This document shows positions 60,000 through 64,000 of a stretch of 64,000 nucleotides of DNA, in pieces; position 1 is the stretch's first letter, and every line of letters starts with the position of its first letter. Location of the stretch: NCBI GenBank assembly GCA_038231455.1, contig JBBRLI010000002.1, forward strand, positions 1 to 64,000. The letters are read 5' to 3'. The position numbers and the translations under genes were made by a program. The notes below the pieces were generated by a model. It was not told the DNA's origin and searched no databases. It was given only the letters and a program-made list of their open reading frames with translations. The stretch comes from Vulcanimicrobiales bacterium (GTDB lineage Bacteria > Vulcanimicrobiota > Vulcanimicrobiia > Vulcanimicrobiales > Vulcanimicrobiaceae).

Positions 60000-60407
60000 T
60001 CAAACGCTTGGTTGGCAGAGTTCGATCAAGACGCCTGCGGTCGACTTCGGATGCAGGAAGGCGATCGTATTGCCGTGTGCGCCGCGTCGCGGTTCCTCGT
60101 CGATCAGACGCACGCCGAGCGATTTGAGCCGCGCGAGCTCTGCGAATATGTCATCAACGCGGTATGCGGTATGATGTAATTTTGTCTCGGCGTCGCCGCG
60201 AAATTTGGCGATCGGTGAGGCTTCGTCCAAAGGCCGCAGCAATTCGATGATCGCATCGCCCGCGCGCAGGCCGACCGCTTCGATTCCCTGATCGGCAACG
60301 ATCTCGCGGTAGATCTGCGTGAAGCCGAGCGTCTGCGTGTAGAGTGCGATCGTCGCTTCGAGATCGCGAACCACGATTGCGACGTGATCGATCGGTGCAT
60401 CGATCAT
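60000..60407 (-). CDS. mce: methylmalonyl-CoA epimerase
   Basis: [42 protein letters not shown]. Confidence 0.93.
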   Translation of the reverse strand: MIDAPIDHVAIVVRDLEATIALYTQTLGFTQIYREIVADQGIEAVGLRAGDAIIELLRPLDEASPIAKFRGDAETKLHHTAYRVDDIFAELARLKSLGVRLIDEEPRRGAHGNTIAFLHPKSTAGVLIELCQPSV

Positions 60408-61975
60408 ACGAAGCTCGCGCGTGCGACGTGCGTCCCGAAGACGCTGCGCAACACGTCGCAAATCTCGCCGAGCGTCGCCCCCGCATCGACGGCCTCGATG
60501 AACGGCGGCATCAGATTAGCGGTACCCTCGGCAGCTCGCCGCACGTCGGCAAGTCGTGCTTCCACTCGCGCGGCATCGCGCGCCGCCTTGAATGCTGCTA
60601 GACGCGCGACCTGGTCGCGTTCGACGCGTGCGTCGACGCGCTGAATGGGGATTTGCACGCCGCCTTCGGCTTCGGTAAATTTGTTGACGCCCACGACGAC
60701 GGCATCCCCTCGCTCGATCGCTTGCTGGGCGCGGTACGAGGATTCGGAAATCTGATCTTGCATCCAGCCGCTCTCGATGACGGCGACCGCCCCGCCGCGT
60801 TCGTCGATCTCGGCAATCAGCGCTTGTGCATCGCGGATGAGGGCATCGGTGAGGGACTCGACATAGTACGATCCCGCGAGCGGATCCACCACGTCGACGA
60901 CGCCGCTCTCGTAGGCAATGATCTGCTGCGTTCGCAGGGCCACGCGGGCCGCCGCGGCCGTTGGCAGTCCCAGCGCTTCGTCGGCACCGTTGGTGTGAAG
61001 GGACTGTGTTCCGCCCAGCACCGCCGCGAGCGCCTGCAACGTCACGCGCACGACGTTGTTGGTCGGCTCTTGCGCCGTCAGCGTCGAGCCGCCGGTTTGG
61101 GTGTGGAACCGCAGCATTTCGGACTTGGGATCGCGCGCGTTGAATTCGACGCGAACGATCTGTGCCCAGAGTGCGCGAGCCGCGCGGAATTTCGCGACTT
61201 CTTCAAAGAGATCGTTGTGCGCATTCCAAAAGAATGAGATCCGCGGCGCGACGACATCGACATCCATCCCGGCCCGGGCGGCCGCATGGAGGTATGCTTT
61301 GGCATTCGCTAGCGTGAAGGCGATCTCTTGAAGCGCCGTCGACCCGGCTTCGCGAATGTGATAACCCGAGATCGAGATCGTGTTCCACTGCGGCACCGAT
61401 TCGGCGCAATACGCCATCACGTCGGTAACCAGGCGCATCGATGGCGTCGGCGGGTAAATGTAGGTGCCGCGGGCGACGTATTCTTTGAGTACGTCGTTTT
61501 GGATCGTACCGCCCAGCTTTGCGAAGTCGATTCCACGCCGGCGGGCGACGGCCAGCACGAAGGCGAGCAGGATCGAGGCCGGAGCGTTAATCGTCATCGA
61601 GACGGTCACGGAGTCGAGGGGGATGTCCGCAAAGAGCGTTTCGACATCGTCGATGGTGTCGATGGCGACGCCGACTTTGCCGACTTCGCCTCGGGCGGCG
61701 GTGGCATCCGAATCGTAACCGAGCTGGGTCGGTAGATCGAAAGCCACCGAGAGTCCGGTCGTTCCGGCGGCGAGTAAATACCGGTATCGTTCGTTCGATT
61801 CAGCCGCGGTGCCAAAGCCCGCGTACTGTCGCATCGTCCACAAACGTCCCCGATACATGTCGCGCCGAATACCACGTGTATATGGGTAGTTTCCGGGCAG
61901 GGGTCGAGTGGGCGCGGGCGTATCGTAGACTGATTCGATAGCGATTCCGCTGGAGTTCGTCGTGCGTGGTCTCAC
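60404..61975 (-). CDS. methylmalonyl-CoA mutase, substrate-binding (N-terminal) subunit
   Basis: [49 protein letters not shown]; no B12-binding DxH domain in this ORF. Confidence 0.93.
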   Translation of the reverse strand: MRPRTTNSSGIAIESVYDTPAPTRPLPGNYPYTRGIRRDMYRGRLWTMRQYAGFGTAAESNERYRYLLAAGTTGLSVAFDLPTQLGYDSDATAARGEVGKVGVAIDTIDDVETLFADIPLDSVTVSMTINAPASILLAFVLAVARRRGIDFAKLGGTIQNDVLKEYVARGTYIYPPTPSMRLVTDVMAYCAESVPQWNTISISGYHIREAGSTALQEIAFTLANAKAYLHAAARAGMDVDVVAPRISFFWNAHNDLFEEVAKFRAARALWAQIVRVEFNARDPKSEMLRFHTQTGGSTLTAQEPTNNVVRVTLQALAAVLGGTQSLHTNGADEALGLPTAAAARVALRTQQIIAYESGVVDVVDPLAGSYYVESLTDALIRDAQALIAEIDERGGAVAVIESGWMQDQISESSYRAQQAIERGDAVVVGVNKFTEAEGGVQIPIQRVDARVERDQVARLAAFKAARDAARVEARLADVRRAAEGTANLMPPFIEAVDAGATLGEICDVLRSVFGTHVARASFV

Positions 61976-62038
61976 GATGGGCTCTTCGCTCTATGCGATC
62001 TTCCCACCGTGTGGAATCGCGGTCTTGACGGAGGTTGG

Positions 62039-63817
62039 ATGATCGAGGGTGGTCCGAAGCCCGAACGGCCGGCGCGTGCAAACCGCCGCTTAGCTGCGCT
62101 ATGGACGCTCTCGCTGCAGCCGGGCGTCGACCTGACGGAATTCGGTCACGCCGTTGTCGCCGAGGCGTGCGATCTGCTCGGTTTCAATCGCGGCAGCCTG
62201 GTCGAGGTCGATACCGACGGCGCCGTCATCGCGACACATCCCGGCGACATCACGCTGCCGGATCGAATCCCGGCTCTGATCGTACGTACCGTGACCGTGA
62301 ATCACCCCCTCGTCGCTCCGCAGGATGACGGCGATCTGGCGCTTTGCGCGCCTGGGAAACTCGGCGAGCGCGGGTACGTGCTCGCACTCTGGGGCGCGAT
62401 TGGTGCCACGCAGTGGCTCGATGAATCGGCGCTCGACGAAGCAACGTTCTTAGCGACGATTTTTGCCGAATTCGCCGAGCGCCGCCGCGACGTCGGCGAC
62501 TTTGCGAACCTTGCATTCCACGACGCGCTCACCGGGTTACCAAACCGTCTGGCGCTCCTGAACCGGATCGAACAGACGATCGCCTCGGCCAAACGCAACG
62601 GCCATAACGCGGCGGTGCTCTTCGTTGACATCGACGGCTTCAAACACGTCAACGATACGCTCGGGCATAGCGCCGGCGACCGGGTTCTCTCCGAACTTGG
62701 CGCCCGCTTTCGCAAGGCGCTGCGCCGCGAGGAGTTCATCGGGCGGCTCGGCGGTGACGAATTCACCGCGATCATCCCCGAGACCAAATCGTTTGAAGAA
62801 ACCTATGAGGTCGGCCAACGCCTGCGCGAACTCGCGCGGAAACCGTTCGATGTCGACGGCCATATTTTCGGACTCTCCGCATCCATCGGCGTCGCGCAGT
62901 ATCCGGCTGACGGAAGCACGGCAGAAGAACTGCTCGGCAACGGCGATATTGCCATGTACCGCGCAAAAGAATCCGGCGGCGATGCGGTTTTCTTGTTCGA
63001 TTCGGGCGTACGCCAGCGAATCGAGACGCGCCGCCGGCTAACGCAAGATCTCCAAGGCGCGATGATGAGCCGCGAGTTCCTCGTGTGCTATCAGCCGGTG
63101 ATCGACGCGTTGACCGAGGAGATCGTCGGCGCCGAAGCGCTCGCGCGCTGGCTGCATCCGACGGACGGGTTACTCTCGGCCGAATCGTTTCTGGGCTCTC
63201 TTGGGAGTTCGAACCTCGTCTCGCTTGTCGATGCGTGGGTGCTCGCGGAAACCGCACAGCAGAATGCGCGTTGGACCGCGGAAGGGAACGCCGTCGATAT
63301 CTTCGTCAATATCGCCGTCCCCGATGAAATTGCGCTTGGCGAGCTCGATCGATTGGTGGCCGACCCGCGCTACTCGAGCGCCCGTCTCCACGTTGAAGTG
63401 GGCGAAACAGCCGTCATGAAAGATGTTGACGCGGCGATTGGGTTTTTCGAAGCCGCCAGAGAACGAGGGATAGCAACTGGGCTCGATCGGTTCGGTGGCG
63501 GCGCCTCGTCGCTCAAAGTGCTCGATCGGATGCCGCTGGATTTTGTGAAGCTCGATCACTCGTTGATCGTGGGTGTGGAGCGTCGTGTAAGTTCGAGCGG
63601 CGCGGCCTTAGCTGCGATCGCGATTGCGCGCGCGTTCGAATGGAAGATGATCGCGCAAGGCGTCGCCAACGCGTTCCAAAAGCGTTGGCTCTTGGACAAT
63701 GGAGTGCACTTGATGCAAGGTTACGGTGTCGGTCAGCCGATGACTGCGGCAGATTTCGGACATTGGCGAAAAATCACGGCGGAGCATACGGCTGCGCAGG
63801 CGGCTGACCGGTTGTGA
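62039..63817 (+). CDS. GGDEF-EAL protein with degenerate EAL domain
   Basis: HDALTGLPNR, RLGGDEF; EAL present but DRFGGGASS and AQGV; SD GGAGG before ATG 62039. Confidence 0.9.
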   Translation: MIEGGPKPERPARANRRLAALWTLSLQPGVDLTEFGHAVVAEACDLLGFNRGSLVEVDTDGAVIATHPGDITLPDRIPALIVRTVTVNHPLVAPQDDGDLALCAPGKLGERGYVLALWGAIGATQWLDESALDEATFLATIFAEFAERRRDVGDFANLAFHDALTGLPNRLALLNRIEQTIASAKRNGHNAAVLFVDIDGFKHVNDTLGHSAGDRVLSELGARFRKALRREEFIGRLGGDEFTAIIPETKSFEETYEVGQRLRELARKPFDVDGHIFGLSASIGVAQYPADGSTAEELLGNGDIAMYRAKESGGDAVFLFDSGVRQRIETRRRLTQDLQGAMMSREFLVCYQPVIDALTEEIVGAEALARWLHPTDGLLSAESFLGSLGSSNLVSLVDAWVLAETAQQNARWTAEGNAVDIFVNIAVPDEIALGELDRLVADPRYSSARLHVEVGETAVMKDVDAAIGFFEAARERGIATGLDRFGGGASSLKVLDRMPLDFVKLDHSLIVGVERRVSSSGAALAAIAIARAFEWKMIAQGVANAFQKRWLLDNGVHLMQGYGVGQPMTAADFGHWRKITAEHTAAQAADRL

Positions 63818-64000
63818 TCGATCAACGCGAGAGCGCGCGTCACGGCGAAGTCGTCGGCGCGTTGTTAACCATGCTATCCGCGCGCGATGCCGCGACGTGT
63901 GACCACTCCATCGCTGCCGGTGAGTGGGCGCGACGGTTGGCACTTGCGATTGGCTTGAGCGAAGAAGAGGCCGATGCCATTGAAGTTGCGGCCATGTTGC
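63814..64000 (+). CDS. HD-GYP domain protein (5' part, truncated by window)
   Basis: GTGA overlap; ...LSARDAATCDHS..AGEWARRLALAIGLSEEE...IEVAAML, the helix pattern that precedes the HD motif. Confidence 0.75.
   Translation, partial: MIDQRESARHGEVVGALLTMLSARDAATCDHSIAAGEWARRLALAIGLSEEEADAIEVAAML

Noticed and set aside
60404-61975. Isobutyryl- or hydroxyisobutyryl-CoA mutase
   Set aside because: QYAGF keeps the Tyr typical of methylmalonyl-CoA mutase, and the epimerase is adjacent

Overview
GC-rich bacterial chromosome segment with about 65 protein genes and one tRNA-Asn. I saw no integrase, transposase, phage gene or CRISPR array. TonB-dependent receptors (outer membrane) occur together with a ymdB-spoVS-PHP block, suggesting a diderm Terrabacteria lineage such as Eremiobacterota/Armatimonadota (inference only). 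Contents in order: ECF sigma/anti-sigma/RseB operon; a metal-uptake cluster (Nramp with DtxR/MntR-like boxes, YtkA-like protein, two TonB-dependent receptors); ahcY-metK; a broken 7TM-GGDEF gene; a tRNA-flanked islet with vapBC; ettA; mtnBDC; a TPR/ATP-grasp plus PLP decarboxylase pair; cidAB; a peptidoglycan-recycling operon (nagZ, serine hydrolase, anmK, MurK-like kinase, murQ); methylmalonyl-CoA mutase/epimerase; and c-di-GMP enzymes. The most striking feature is that each TonB-dependent receptor is preceded by a ~200-aa His-containing multi-pass membrane protein ending in a RAPP/RPPP ribosome-arrest-like motif. In both cases the codons at or just after that motif are complementary to the receptor's Shine-Dalgarno region. 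This suggests a duplicated translational-attenuation module with a membrane-protein leader. Product calls come from motif recognition only; no database searches were run.
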